Below are positions 54,642 to 64,000 of a DNA stretch of 64,000 bases, piece by piece. The stretch is from an uncultured virus (IMG/VR IMGVR_UViG_3300025287_000001). Its lineage: Duplodnaviria > Heunggongvirae > Uroviricota > Caudoviricetes. The notes beneath the pieces were generated by a model. That model made no database searches and had not been told where the DNA came from. It saw nothing but the letters and a program-made list of their open reading frames with translations. The first letter of the stretch is position 1. Each line of letters starts with the position of its first letter. Where the stretch lies: the IMG/VR virus record IMGVR_UViG_3300025287_000001. The stretch is one strand, 5' to 3'. A program made the translations under genes and the position numbers.

Positions 54642-55525
54642 CTTCTGACCTCGAATTTCTTAAATTCCTTCTTCATCTCTTCTGGGATGTCGAGACTGGC
54701 GCAGTCGATTTTCCTTCTGGTGAGGTGGAAATGAGAACAGATTCCACCATCTGACGTATCCTCCAATCCCTCGCTGCCATATGCGATAAGCGGGATATCG
54801 TGATATTCGCATACAGCACGCCATAATGCTCTCATGGCCTGCTTCTGAATGCAATAGAAATCTGTAAAGTCATCCAAGACTTGGCCGTGAACTTTTGCAT
54901 TCTTGACAATAGGCCTTTCACCAAATCCTTTCTTTTTGTACCAGTCTTGATACTTTGTGTAATATGCGTTTGATATTTCAACGCCTATGCTACGATTATT
55001 ATCATCTCTTATTCCTGTATGATATGCTTTATGCCTAGTGTCTATCAGTTGATAGATCGTGCCATCATTATCTATGCAGAAATGTACAGAAGTACCCTTT
55101 TTCTTCATCACAGCAGCACAAGACTTACTATTGAGACACACATCCCAGTGATTAACAAATAAGTCAATATCTCTCTGAGGTTTTCCCGACAGATCTGTAT
55201 ATGCCCCTTCTGCTGCCTGTAATCCTCCATCATGGAACCACAGAACTACTTTAGGCCAATCAATCTTCACCGCTTCACTGTTACAGATGATGAACTTATC
55301 CTCTTCCCTTTCCAGTTTTGTCTTCTCTAGTTCATATAGTCTTTTTGAATATATTCTTCTAAATGTCTTTGGCCCTACAAGTCCATCATCTTCAATTTTA
55401 AAGTTTCTTTGTTGTTCTTTTACGTTTTCTGTTAAGTCTTCAAAATTACTGGCGTTGAACCAAGTTGGAGTCCATCCATATTTTTCTGCTGACTTTCTGT
55501 TGTATGTCTCTGGCTTTAATCCCAT
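54638..55525 (-). CDS. N-acetylmuramoyl-L-alanine amidase (Amidase_2) with peptidoglycan-binding-like segment
   Basis: DDGLVGPKT, NHWD, SVHFCIDNDGTIYQ, AYHTG...NNRSIGVEI, SHFHL...KIDC. Confidence 0.9.
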   Translation of the reverse strand: MGLKPETYNRKSAEKYGWTPTWFNASNFEDLTENVKEQQRNFKIEDDGLVGPKTFRRIYSKRLYELEKTKLEREEDKFIICNSEAVKIDWPKVVLWFHDGGLQAAEGAYTDLSGKPQRDIDLFVNHWDVCLNSKSCAAVMKKKGTSVHFCIDNDGTIYQLIDTRHKAYHTGIRDDNNRSIGVEISNAYYTKYQDWYKKKGFGERPIVKNAKVHGQVLDDFTDFYCIQKQAMRALWRAVCEYHDIPLIAYGSEGLEDTSDGGICSHFHLTRRKIDCASLDIPEEMKKEFKKFEVRS

Positions 55526-55540
55526 TGCTTTCTCTTGTTA

Positions 55541-55585
55541 GCAAAAGAGGAGTCAAGCTTTGTTTGCTTGACTCCTCTTTGTGTT
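55541..55585. terminator. Terminator hairpin, possibly bidirectional
   Basis: AAAGAGGAGTCAAGC/GCTTGACTCCTCTTT stem between genes. Confidence 0.75.
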
Positions 55586-55602
55586 TTAGTTATTGCCCTG
55601 TC

Positions 55603-56220
55603 TTACTTCTTGGAGACCCTTCTTTTAGCTCTGCGCATTGTTCTCGCAAAGCTTTCCTTAAGCTCGTCCATTTCCCTCATCATATTCTGAACCTCTTCAT
55701 CCATACCCTCTTCATCGGGCATGTCGTCCATAGGCTCCTCTTCAGGCATATCCATAGGAGGCTCTTCGGCAGGCATGTCCATAGGAGGCTCTTCGGCAGG
55801 CATATCTTCGCCCTCAACATCCATAGAAACCCCAAACCTTTCGCTGACTGCATCTGAAAGGGCTGCAAGAACTTCTCGAACAGCAGCTTCCATGTCGCCA
55901 CCACCTTCCATAGGAGGCTCTTCAGCAGGCATGTCCATAGGAGGCTCTTCAGCAGGCATATCATCCATGGGCATTTCTTCTTCAGGCATATCATCCATGG
56001 GTGCCTCTTCATGCATTCCTTTCTTTTTATCGAAAGGATAATTATCAGGAGGCGCGCCTTCTTCCATCTTCTTAGGATCGCAACCCTCTTCCATCTTTTC
56101 ATCAGCCTCTTCCATCGGCTCTTTATCATCCGATTCGACAAGAGGCTTCATGTCGGCAAGTTGACGCCACCTTTTCTTTTCGCTACTCTCTAGCAGGACT
56201 TTCTTTCTCTTTTTCGCCAT
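55603..56220 (-). CDS. Acidic Met/Pro-rich repeat protein, possible prohead scaffold/core protein
   Basis: LLES...KRWRQLA...PLVES N-terminus, MDMPAEEPP repeats; AGGAG RBS. Confidence 0.75.
   Translation of the reverse strand: MAKKRKKVLLESSEKKRWRQLADMKPLVESDDKEPMEEADEKMEEGCDPKKMEEGAPPDNYPFDKKKGMHEEAPMDDMPEEEMPMDDMPAEEPPMDMPAEEPPMEGGGDMEAAVREVLAALSDAVSERFGVSMDVEGEDMPAEEPPMDMPAEEPPMDMPEEEPMDDMPDEEGMDEEVQNMMREMDELKESFARTMRRAKRRVSKK
55721..56011 (-). repeat. Two blocks of 27-30 bp coding tandem repeats (MDMPAEEPP)
   Basis: TCCATAGGAGGCTCTTC(G/A)GCAGGCAT units on + strand. Confidence 0.9.
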
Positions 56221-56236
56221 TTCTTAACTCCTAACG

Positions 56237-56746
56237 TTAGGCTTGTTCTTCTTCTTGTAAAAAAGCGTAGATTTCTTCCATATCTTCTTCGTCAAGCTCG
56301 ATATCTCCACGCTTTACTTTTTCGGTTATTTCGTCTTCATATTCATTAACGATATTTGACAGTCTCTTCTTCACGACTTTCGACTCTCTTTTGTATTCTT
56401 CGCACAATGATATGATACGATCATCATTTTCTATATATGCTTTGAAGACCAAAAGTATAAAATTACTTGGCAATATCCCATCTTTTACTAGTTCAACTTT
56501 CAAATCGTTATAAAGTTTTCTTGGGATTTCAGCCGTTAATCTCGTGCTTGTTGTCTTGGATATTCTTTTTCTATCAAAAACGTTCTTGGAGACATACTTG
56601 GCAGTCTTAAAGTACTTCTCTTTATCTCTTCTGCGCTGGAAGAGGGTGGGGACCTTGGATCTTGTCATGCCAGAGGCTTCTCTGGGCTTTAGCTCCGAGG
56701 TCTCCCCGTCTTCAGGTCTCCTCTTTTTCTTAACCCGTCGAACCAA
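56237..56746 (-). CDS. Hypothetical protein, possible ribbon-helix-helix DNA-binding domain
   Basis: RLTAEIPRKLYNDLKVELVKDGI pattern; start uncertain. Confidence 0.6.
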   Translation of the reverse strand: MVRRVKKKRRPEDGETSELKPREASGMTRSKVPTLFQRRRDKEKYFKTAKYVSKNVFDRKRISKTTSTRLTAEIPRKLYNDLKVELVKDGILPSNFILLVFKAYIENDDRIISLCEEYKRESKVVKKRLSNIVNEYEDEITEKVKRGDIELDEEDMEEIYAFLQEEEQA

Positions 56747-57212
56747 AACCCTTGTCTCCCCTATCTGTCTCCTTGCCGTACAGGTCCTCTAGTTTGCTAA
56801 CAACAGTAACTTCAGGAACCTCTACTGGCACCAAGACGGCCTGGGCTATCTTTTGGTTGTGCTCGATTTCAACAAAGTCAAGCCCATTATTGATCAAACC
56901 AATCTCGATAGCGCCAGTATAGCCGTGGTCAATGACTCCACCACAGACAAAAACATTTTGTTTATTCGAGAGCCCTGATCTATCTTTAAAGATTAAGGCA
57001 TATCCCTTGGGGACCTCTACAGTCAATTGCAAGTTGAACTTGTAATGATGCATGCCTGATGAGCTAACAGGAGCTAGTTCTATACTTTCCTCATCTGGGA
57101 GGTATGCGTAGAAGTCCAGCCCTGCGTCCCACTCGTGAGATCTGGTTGGCGTCTTTACGTCCTCTTCGAACTTGAAGACTTTGATGTCTTTGATTGTCTT
57201 GCGCTCTGTCAT
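56730..57212 (-). CDS. dut: dUTP diphosphatase
   Basis: DAGLD, RSGLS, GVIDHGYTG, KIAQ, RGDKGFGSTG. Confidence 0.95.
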   Translation of the reverse strand: MTERKTIKDIKVFKFEEDVKTPTRSHEWDAGLDFYAYLPDEESIELAPVSSSGMHHYKFNLQLTVEVPKGYALIFKDRSGLSNKQNVFVCGGVIDHGYTGAIEIGLINNGLDFVEIEHNQKIAQAVLVPVEVPEVTVVSKLEDLYGKETDRGDKGFGSTG

Positions 57213-57755
57213 TTATATTTCGCTTTTGTCTTCTGATGGTTCTGTTACTTCTTCAGGATTATAGGTGGTTATAAGATCATTCTCTTTCCTGAACTCCAAC
57301 CACTCTTCTTCTGTGCCCTCAGGATCGAGGACATTCATGTAAAGATGTCCTAATTCATAGACAAATACGCCATCGCACAACCCCTTTGGCTTGCACTTGT
57401 GCTCGTAATCAATCCAAACCTGCTTCGTTACCGTGTGTGTGATGCCCTGAACCTCTCTATCTCCAAAGTAAATAGGGGCACTAGTAAAGAGAATCTCTGC
57501 GCCCTTTGTTGCACGTCTCACCTCCCTTTTGGTTAGGTGCGCAGAGAACTTCTCTTTTACTTGATTCACTTTGTGAATCAAATCCTCTTTAGGAGGACAT
57601 TCAGGATTACAATAAATATCCATTCCCTCGACGCTTGTCAAGTAGAAAACAGGATATCCTTCTCTATCTCTTCTGACCATCTCTCCTTCCTCGTAATGAG
57701 GACCGCAAGAGACAATCATCGTGCAAAGTGCAATTAACAAAATAAGCTTTTTCAT
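57213..57755 (-). CDS. Putative lipoprotein
   Basis: Signal peptide with IVSC lipobox; YELGH resembles a degenerate HEXXH. Confidence 0.7.
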   Translation of the reverse strand: MKKLILLIALCTMIVSCGPHYEEGEMVRRDREGYPVFYLTSVEGMDIYCNPECPPKEDLIHKVNQVKEKFSAHLTKREVRRATKGAEILFTSAPIYFGDREVQGITHTVTKQVWIDYEHKCKPKGLCDGVFVYELGHLYMNVLDPEGTEEEWLEFRKENDLITTYNPEEVTEPSEDKSEI

Positions 57756-60700
57756 AGTTCTATCTCTTCTAGTCTTGGTTCGTACTTTTTGTCTCTGAAG
57801 CCATTAAAACTATGACCCCATTCAGGTTGATATCTCGGAGCAGCGACATAGAGGACGTGTTCTTTTACGTGATCTCTTTTCGGGTTATATCCCCAGAGGT
57901 TAACCTGTCTTGTTTCATATGATGAATCAATGACAGTTAGGACAAGGTAAGGTTTCCCTCCTCTTGTTTTCTTCTCCAAGGTGTCTGTGACGACAAACCA
58001 GCACTTCTCTCCGCTCTTCTTCTGTTCGGAGATGGGAGGGATTCCCATCTCATCCAGAACAGATACTACAACAGGTGAAACGATGAGGTCAACCGGATAA
58101 TTCCCGGTCAGCGCGATACGGTTGTTAATTTTCTCCAGACGGCTAAAATCACCCTCGAAATCACACTTTTCCACGACTTCGGCAAATCTCTTACAAACAT
58201 CATCGAATGTCTCTTTCTTCTTCTGCTTGGGCTTTTGGTTTATCGAGCACCAAAGGTGTTTATAGCCCGTGAATCTATCATCATTCTTGATGATGCTATC
58301 CAAAGCTTCAATGCGGCACAGGGTGTCTATTTTGGAAATGTCCAATCTCTGCCTATTGACTTCTTCTCTGTATAGCAAATCCTCGATACTGGTAAACGGT
58401 CTGTGCTTATCCAACTCTTCTACTGTAGCCTCCCCAAAACCTTTAATTGTTATGAAGGATTGGACAAGCTCCTTGTCTTCCCCGACCCCCCATGAACCAG
58501 TAGACTTATTCACATCAATAGGGCCAATTGTATACCCTAGCGATTTTGCAGTAGAGATAGCTTCCAGCTTCTTCTTCTCATTGGTCTTATCCTGGGCATC
58601 AAGATAGGCGGCAAGCCACTCTGCTTCAAAGTATGTTAATAGGTAAGCACACTGGTAAGATATAGAGGCATAAGCTACAGCATGCGATTTATTGAACCCG
58701 TAACCACTAAAGTAAATGAAGGTCTCCCACAACTCATTAGCCTGCAACTCTGTCATGCCTTTATTGACACAGCCAGTAATGAACTTTGTATAGATCTTTT
58801 TCTTTGTTGCCTCGACAGATGGATTCCCTTTCTTCGTTAGAATCTTTCTTAGCTTGTTACCTTCTTTAAGGGTAATGCCCTCCCCCAGTTCGTGCGCAAG
58901 CATAGCAATCTGCTCTTGGTACAAAAGGAAACCGTGTGTTTCTTCTGTATATTTCTTGTGGATGTCATTATAATAGAAGACATTATGAGGATTATCCTTT
59001 GCGTCCTTGTAATCAGCATCGACACCGGCGCTAAGAGGCCCTGGTCTCTGGATGGTCGTGATGGCCGTCAGATCCAAGATACTCTCTGGTTTCATTCTGG
59101 TGCAAAACTCTTGCGCACCTGCCTCTGTAAACTGGAATACCCCTGCCCACTTCCCTTCGTGGAAAACATTCTTATAGACTCTTTGATCATCAACATCAAT
59201 AGCGTCCATAGAAATGTTATCTTCGTACCACTCTTTTATTTGCTCGAAAGTGGGGTTCTTTATTCCCTTTCTATACTTTAGAATATTGTGGATACACTTT
59301 TCAATAATCTCAAGAGTAGTGAGACCCAGGATATCAAACTTGACAAACCCAAGCGGCTCCAAATGTCTTACCGTTTGCCCTTCTGACCATGGGGTTTGAG
59401 TAACTCCCTTCGACCTGATAAGAGGCATTTTACTCGTAAGATCATTCGAGATAACGACACCACCAGCGTGTCTCGATATCGAACGCACTTGACTGATTAG
59501 ATTTTTAGCTAGTTCGCTTATCTCAGGGTGTTGCCTACAGAACCTTTGATATGTGTTAGAGTACATTTCAATTTCTTCAAGAGTTGGTTCATAAGCCCCG
59601 GCTGTCATGCCCTTTGCTCTCTTCGCCGGACCTGTTGCCTCGTGAACCATCTTCTTGGTGACTTTATTGACCTCGGAGAACTCCAACCCTAGCCATCTAC
59701 CAACATCTTTAATTGTAGACTTTGGCTTTAGTCTTGTGTAGTTCGTAATAGGAACAACGCAAGTACTCCCCTTCTCATCTATCAAAGACTGTTTGAGTTC
59801 CAAGGGTCTGGAGAAGTCGAGGTCAATATCAGGCAAGGAAGAAGGATTTGGGTTTAACCACAAGATGCCATCAAGTTCTTTCTCTGTATTCTCCGGTATG
59901 TGTCTTATTTTATATCTTGCTTTGTCTTTGACCGTACCCAGTACCTTTTGGCCGTTAATCACATCCCCTCTACAGACGTGCTCTATGGCCTTGTAGCGTC
60001 CGTTAACTTTGAGCATAGACCCTGGTGTAGCCTTGATGGTTTCTCGGCTCCTGAGGGCCACAGAGATGACCTCAGTATCTATCTCGACTCCGCTTTCATG
60101 GACAGGGCCAAGATATTCAGGCTCATTAAGGAATCTAGAGAAGAGGAGGTCGTATTTAACCGGGTCAATTGTTGTGATCCCAAGCAGGTAGTCAACAACA
60201 GAGCCAACGCCAGAGCCCCTCCCAGGCCCCACAAAGTGATTTTGCCAAGCGAAATCTACAACCCACTTCATAGTCAGGAAGTATTCTTCGAAGCCCCTTT
60301 GCCTGATGATGCCAAGCTCGTGAGCGATCCTCTTCGCATACTTTTCAGGATCAGGAATCAGACCCTTCTTCATCTTCTCTGCGAAGCCCTTTCTGGTCTC
60401 TTCGTAAAGTTGCTGCTCTGGTGTCTTCCCCTTCTCTATAACAAAGTCGGGAAGTTTGATTTTGTTCTCAGGAAAGAAGTCTTCAATTCTATCGTGAGCA
60501 ATGTGATAGCTTGTTTCGATAGCTTGCTTTACTTCCTCGATATCATAACACTCTAAGACTCCAAGCTTAGTAGCATTTGTTTTAAAGTAATCAAATAGTT
60601 GATCACCGTTTCGAGGGTATAGATCATAACCGACTTCATCAACTGAATCAGGCAAGACTTTATCTTCATCACTCTTGCGTAAAAGATTCTTGTAAAGATA

Positions 60701-61507
60701 CCTTGTTTTCCAAAGCTCCGGTCTTGGATAGTGGTGATCACAGGTGGCGACAAGTGGGAACCCCATCTCTCTTGATAGTTCAATAACATAGAGATTAATA
60801 ATATGCTGCTCAATAATGTCATGAAATTGTATCTCTCCATAAAACTTATCTCCAAACATCTCCATGAAGTCTTTACATGTCTGCCTCATGGCTTCTTTAA
60901 CAGCAGTACCGCCCTTATGGCGATTCCTCCAAAAGTCTCCTGACAAGGGGCCGGAAAGACATGCACTCGTGACAATGATGCCTTCGCCATGTTCTCTTAA
61001 TAGTTTTTTGTCAATCCTTGGGAACCTGTAAAAATTCTCATCTCGATAAGACTTTGTAACAAGAGAGAAGATGTTGTTCAAACCCTTCTGGTTCTGGGCG
61101 AGGAGCGCCAAGTGATGCCTCCTGTTGACCGCTCTCTTGTAGTCTCTTTCCTCGTCTTCAAAGTTTAGAGTGGCTTCCTCATCATCATCCTTGTCATCCT
61201 TCTTCAATTCTTTGAATGCTTTATAATCTTCTCGCCACTTATCCAGATCGGGGTGGTAATACGCCTCTACGCCATATATCGTCTTGAAATCCTTGCCTTG
61301 CTTCTTCATCTCTTTGATGTGAAGCGCTTGGTATGAAAGGCCATTGCAGTTACCGTGGTTAGTAAAAGCAATAGCATCCATGCCGTTCTCATAGGCAAAA
61401 TCCATGTACTCAGAAGGGTATCCAATTGCGTCTAGCGGGGAACCTAAAACATCATGGCCGTGAAGGCTAACAAATTTAAGCTTTGACTTCTTTCTTTCAT
61501 CATTCAT
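57752..61507 (-). CDS. dnaE: DNA polymerase III alpha subunit
   Basis: PHP domain (LHGH, TNHGN), GPGRGSGVGS, PDIDLDF, HAGGVVI, KFDILGL, YGFNKSHA, C-terminal OB fold. Confidence 0.96.
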   Translation of the reverse strand: MNDERKKSKLKFVSLHGHDVLGSPLDAIGYPSEYMDFAYENGMDAIAFTNHGNCNGLSYQALHIKEMKKQGKDFKTIYGVEAYYHPDLDKWREDYKAFKELKKDDKDDDEEATLNFEDEERDYKRAVNRRHHLALLAQNQKGLNNIFSLVTKSYRDENFYRFPRIDKKLLREHGEGIIVTSACLSGPLSGDFWRNRHKGGTAVKEAMRQTCKDFMEMFGDKFYGEIQFHDIIEQHIINLYVIELSREMGFPLVATCDHHYPRPELWKTRYLYKNLLRKSDEDKVLPDSVDEVGYDLYPRNGDQLFDYFKTNATKLGVLECYDIEEVKQAIETSYHIAHDRIEDFFPENKIKLPDFVIEKGKTPEQQLYEETRKGFAEKMKKGLIPDPEKYAKRIAHELGIIRQRGFEEYFLTMKWVVDFAWQNHFVGPGRGSGVGSVVDYLLGITTIDPVKYDLLFSRFLNEPEYLGPVHESGVEIDTEVISVALRSRETIKATPGSMLKVNGRYKAIEHVCRGDVINGQKVLGTVKDKARYKIRHIPENTEKELDGILWLNPNPSSLPDIDLDFSRPLELKQSLIDEKGSTCVVPITNYTRLKPKSTIKDVGRWLGLEFSEVNKVTKKMVHEATGPAKRAKGMTAGAYEPTLEEIEMYSNTYQRFCRQHPEISELAKNLISQVRSISRHAGGVVISNDLTSKMPLIRSKGVTQTPWSEGQTVRHLEPLGFVKFDILGLTTLEIIEKCIHNILKYRKGIKNPTFEQIKEWYEDNISMDAIDVDDQRVYKNVFHEGKWAGVFQFTEAGAQEFCTRMKPESILDLTAITTIQRPGPLSAGVDADYKDAKDNPHNVFYYNDIHKKYTEETHGFLLYQEQIAMLAHELGEGITLKEGNKLRKILTKKGNPSVEATKKKIYTKFITGCVNKGMTELQANELWETFIYFSGYGFNKSHAVAYASISYQCAYLLTYFEAEWLAAYLDAQDKTNEKKKLEAISTAKSLGYTIGPIDVNKSTGSWGVGEDKELVQSFITIKGFGEATVEELDKHRPFTSIEDLLYREEVNRQRLDISKIDTLCRIEALDSIIKNDDRFTGYKHLWCSINQKPKQKKKETFDDVCKRFAEVVEKCDFEGDFSRLEKINNRIALTGNYPVDLIVSPVVVSVLDEMGIPPISEQKKSGEKCWFVVTDTLEKKTRGGKPYLVLTVIDSSYETRQVNLWGYNPKRDHVKEHVLYVAAPRYQPEWGHSFNGFRDKKYEPRLEEIEL

Positions 61508-62306
61508 ATCTGTATATCTCGTATGGATCTAGGTGCTCGAAAAAGCTATTATAATTCTTACTGAGTGCCAAGTTTCTCTTGGATGTTAAGTCAAGGTAAA
61601 ATGATGTATTCAGTACCTTCTTTTCCCCGCTTCGGATAAGGTTTCTAATCCAATTAAATGTTCCCCAGCCAACCTTTACTCTATCTTCGTATGTGTTATG
61701 ATCATTGAACCATATCAAGTGCTTTAGCCACAGTATAGTATCCAAAACTATCGGCAACCTGCATGATGCAAAGCTCTTCTTGTTTGTGTTCACGACCATG
61801 TTAAGAGAGTTCTGGAGTTCCAAGGGGTCATTCATGCCTTTTCTGGAAAGGCATTTGTGAGAATATAATGCCCCGAACGGCTCAAGATGAAACTTCGAGA
61901 TGGTCTGGTTCACGGTAAGGTTTGTTGTAGAAGAAGCGGCCATTATCATCCCTGATATGACCGCATTCGCCTCAGTCTCCCCAAACTTCTTCCTCTCCTC
62001 TGGAATAGCACATACACTGACCCAACATAGCTCTTCTTTAGGCAAAGAGTTGTGTTTCACTATTGCCGCAGGAACTATTTTCCTTATCTGCTCTGCTTGG
62101 TTTTCATCCTCGGCTATAATCCATACCTGATCAACGCCAGACATGGAAAATGAATGAAGATGAAAATCAATAAGACTGCACATACTATTAACAGGATATG
62201 CGGCATGAGGCATAAGGTGGTGATGCCATTCAAAATTGGTGTATGCTATAGCAAGTATTCCAATAGCGTATCCTGAGCTTCTTCTACTAGACTTTGCCCT
62301 CCCCAA
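61500..62306 (-). CDS. Hypothetical protein, weak resemblance to sugar-nucleotidyltransferase N-terminus
   Basis: MPHAAYPV...SLIDF...SGVDQVWII pattern. Confidence 0.5.
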   Translation of the reverse strand: MGRAKSSRRSSGYAIGILAIAYTNFEWHHHLMPHAAYPVNSMCSLIDFHLHSFSMSGVDQVWIIAEDENQAEQIRKIVPAAIVKHNSLPKEELCWVSVCAIPEERKKFGETEANAVISGMIMAASSTTNLTVNQTISKFHLEPFGALYSHKCLSRKGMNDPLELQNSLNMVVNTNKKSFASCRLPIVLDTILWLKHLIWFNDHNTYEDRVKVGWGTFNWIRNLIRSGEKKVLNTSFYLDLTSKRNLALSKNYNSFFEHLDPYEIYRYE

Positions 62307-62938
62307 ATCTCGACTCCTTCCGCAAACTTGATATTATCTTTATGCTCGAAGACTATCTTCTCGTGGGACAGTTTTATCCTCAAGCCTTTATTCTCTTCTC
62401 TCAACGCGAGAGCAATATCTGTCTCTGAGAGCTTATCATCATCGCAGTAGACAAATATAAAGTCATTAACCACATCAAGCTTGCAGCCACATATCTCATC
62501 CTTGGATGAGATAAACTGTACCGCATTAAATTTCCATGCGTAAAGATATCCCTTCTTGATGAAGTCGTAACTTAATGGATCTTTAAGGCATAAGCCATCT
62601 GCAATGTAGACTTTCCTGAAATCAATAGTCTCTTTGTTGGTAATAATTCTTTTGTTCTCGACATCCAGCTTTATGTGATCGTATATCTTCACCCTGCCTT
62701 CCGAGACCAAGCGCAGGTAAATCTCTGTCAGGTTCTTGGTCTCGGAAGGCTCGCTATCATCCTCGGAGAGTAATGGGTATAATATGCTCCTATCTTTGGT
62801 GCAGATGATAGTCAGGCCTTTCTTGAAAGCACTCTCCACGGAAGATGGTGTAATACCGATCACATACCTCTCTCTCCTCTTCGAGGCGAGCGGCCTTTCT
62901 CTTGATTCTTCTGGCGCGCCTGATGATACTTCGTGCAT
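62246..62938 (-). CDS. Hypothetical protein (true start probably further downstream)
   Basis: Long open frame filling the gap between neighbours. Confidence 0.6.
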   Translation of the reverse strand: MHEVSSGAPEESRERPLASKRRERYVIGITPSSVESAFKKGLTIICTKDRSILYPLLSEDDSEPSETKNLTEIYLRLVSEGRVKIYDHIKLDVENKRIITNKETIDFRKVYIADGLCLKDPLSYDFIKKGYLYAWKFNAVQFISSKDEICGCKLDVVNDFIFVYCDDDKLSETDIALALREENKGLRIKLSHEKIVFEHKDNIKFAEGVEIWGGQSLVEEAQDTLLEYLL

Positions 62939-63344
62939 ATTCGTAGCCTCTTTCTTTATTTATTCCTGGCTTTTTACATCGATAGCCTCTGTTGTAACCG
63001 CAGAGAGCAACCGTATAGCTTTTGCCTCTCGCATAATCATAATACCAAAAAGACAGATGCTTTGCGCCTTCAAATATTGATTTCTCGGGATCTAATAGGT
63101 CCTTGCAAGTATAGCCGCTTATAGACCACTTTGGCACCACTTGTGTTAGGCCGCAAGCACCTTTGTGGCTTTTAGACCTAACCTTCCAAGTAGACTCCTC
63201 ATAGATAAGGGAGAGAAGGATCTCCTCTTCTACTTTATGTTCCCTGGCCGCCTCTACAACTGTATCAATATTAGCGCAAGCCTTGTCTGCGTTAGCGTAT
63301 CCAAGGCTTAGTATCGCAAGGCACAGCAGGTTGGAACTTATCAT
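62790..63344 (-). CDS. Lytic transglycosylase (SLT domain)
   Basis: IYEES, SHKGACGLTQV, ALCGYNRG; N-terminal signal-like segment. Confidence 0.88.
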   Translation of the reverse strand: MISSNLLCLAILSLGYANADKACANIDTVVEAAREHKVEEEILLSLIYEESTWKVRSKSHKGACGLTQVVPKWSISGYTCKDLLDPEKSIFEGAKHLSFWYYDYARGKSYTVALCGYNRGYRCKKPGINKERGYEYARSIIRRARRIKRKAARLEEEREVCDRYYTIFRGECFQERPDYHLHQR

Positions 63345-64000
63345 TCTTCCCTCTTGAGCTTAAGCAACAATTCTCTCTTTCTACTTTTGCGAAGAGAAGA
63401 GGACTCGAGATTATGGGCCAACTTCTCTTCGTCTATGCTCGCGACTAGAATATCCATTTCACTACCGGAGAACTTCTTGGAACGGACATAGTGCTCCACA
63501 TAAGCCTCGTAGGTCATGGGAAATTCTCTTTTAAAGAAGTGGGAGATAATTTGCGCCATCTCTCTAATCTCTTGTTGAGCATGACCGTCATCTCTTAACT
63601 TAAGGAAGTGCATCAGGTTCTTGACATCAATCTTCCAACATGCAGTTGCATAAAAGTTAGGTCCAAGAGTAAGCCTCGCAAGCTCTTTTGTTAGTGGAGG
63701 CACGCTCTTGTCTTCGAGATCTTCTCCTGTGGCGGGATCAATCCTGGCCATCCTGCAATACCTTTTCCATTGAAGCTCGGCTCCTTCTTCAAGCTGGTCT
63801 CTGTACGCCTTTGCCAAGTGAATTGGAAGTGCGTCTCCCGAACCTTGCTTGTTCCAGTTATCATTGGTGGCCATACGCCCGATAGGAGGCACATAATAAT
63901 CCCCAGAAGGGTTGTCATACCTGAATGATTGATGGTTTTGAGAGGCCGTCCTGTGCCTTACAAGCTGTGCCCTCACAAATAGAGGCATCTTGAACTGAAA
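63341..64000 (-). CDS. thyX: Flavin-dependent thymidylate synthase (5' truncated by window edge)
   Basis: QLVRHRTASQNHQSFRY (RHRx7S), KELARLTL, NLMHFLKLR...HAQQEIR. Confidence 0.93.
   Translation of the reverse strand, partial: FQFKMPLFVRAQLVRHRTASQNHQSFRYDNPSGDYYVPPIGRMATNDNWNKQGSGDALPIHLAKAYRDQLEEGAELQWKRYCRMARIDPATGEDLEDKSVPPLTKELARLTLGPNFYATACWKIDVKNLMHFLKLRDDGHAQQEIREMAQIISHFFKREFPMTYEAYVEHYVRSKKFSGSEMDILVASIDEEKLAHNLESSSLRKSRKRELLLKLKREE

Noticed and set aside
55680..56141. Alternative-frame repetitive ORF (ICLLKSLLW repeats)
   Set aside because: By-product of the coding repeats in 55603-56220, which has the RBS and plausible composition

Overview
This window looks like part of a large (jumbo-type) dsDNA bacteriophage genome read in the standard genetic code; no search was run, so all calls come from motifs read by eye. 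(1) 1-830: 3' part of a group I intron carrying an HNH endonuclease, the 3' exon of the tRNA it interrupts (probably Arg-UCU), a tRNA-like gene with a 73-nt expanded D-loop, a ~150-nt structured RNA candidate and a terminator. (2) 830-11420, + strand: an early-type region built from repeated cassettes (GCCCC-TYCG-GGGGC-CGCCC hairpin, sigma70-like promoter, small ORFs), ending with a MoxR-type AAA ATPase and a VWA/metallopeptidase gene. (3) 12087-46520, - strand: a very large family of tightly coupled 55-90 aa microprotein genes, roughly 60 between 12.1 and 26.4 kb and about 25 more in clusters downstream by my manual count. They share an M-I-x-x-N start and an aromatic C-terminus around a hypervariable core, and are interleaved with ordinary genes (dTMP kinase, guanylate kinase, 3'-5' exonuclease, deaminase, AAA ATPase, nucleotidyltransferase). 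(4) 46.8-64 kb, - strand: GroEL-like chaperonin, two related nuclease-like proteins, amidase, acidic repeat protein, dUTPase, DnaE with an intein-like insertion, lytic transglycosylase and partial ThyX. The microprotein array is the best candidate for an undescribed system.
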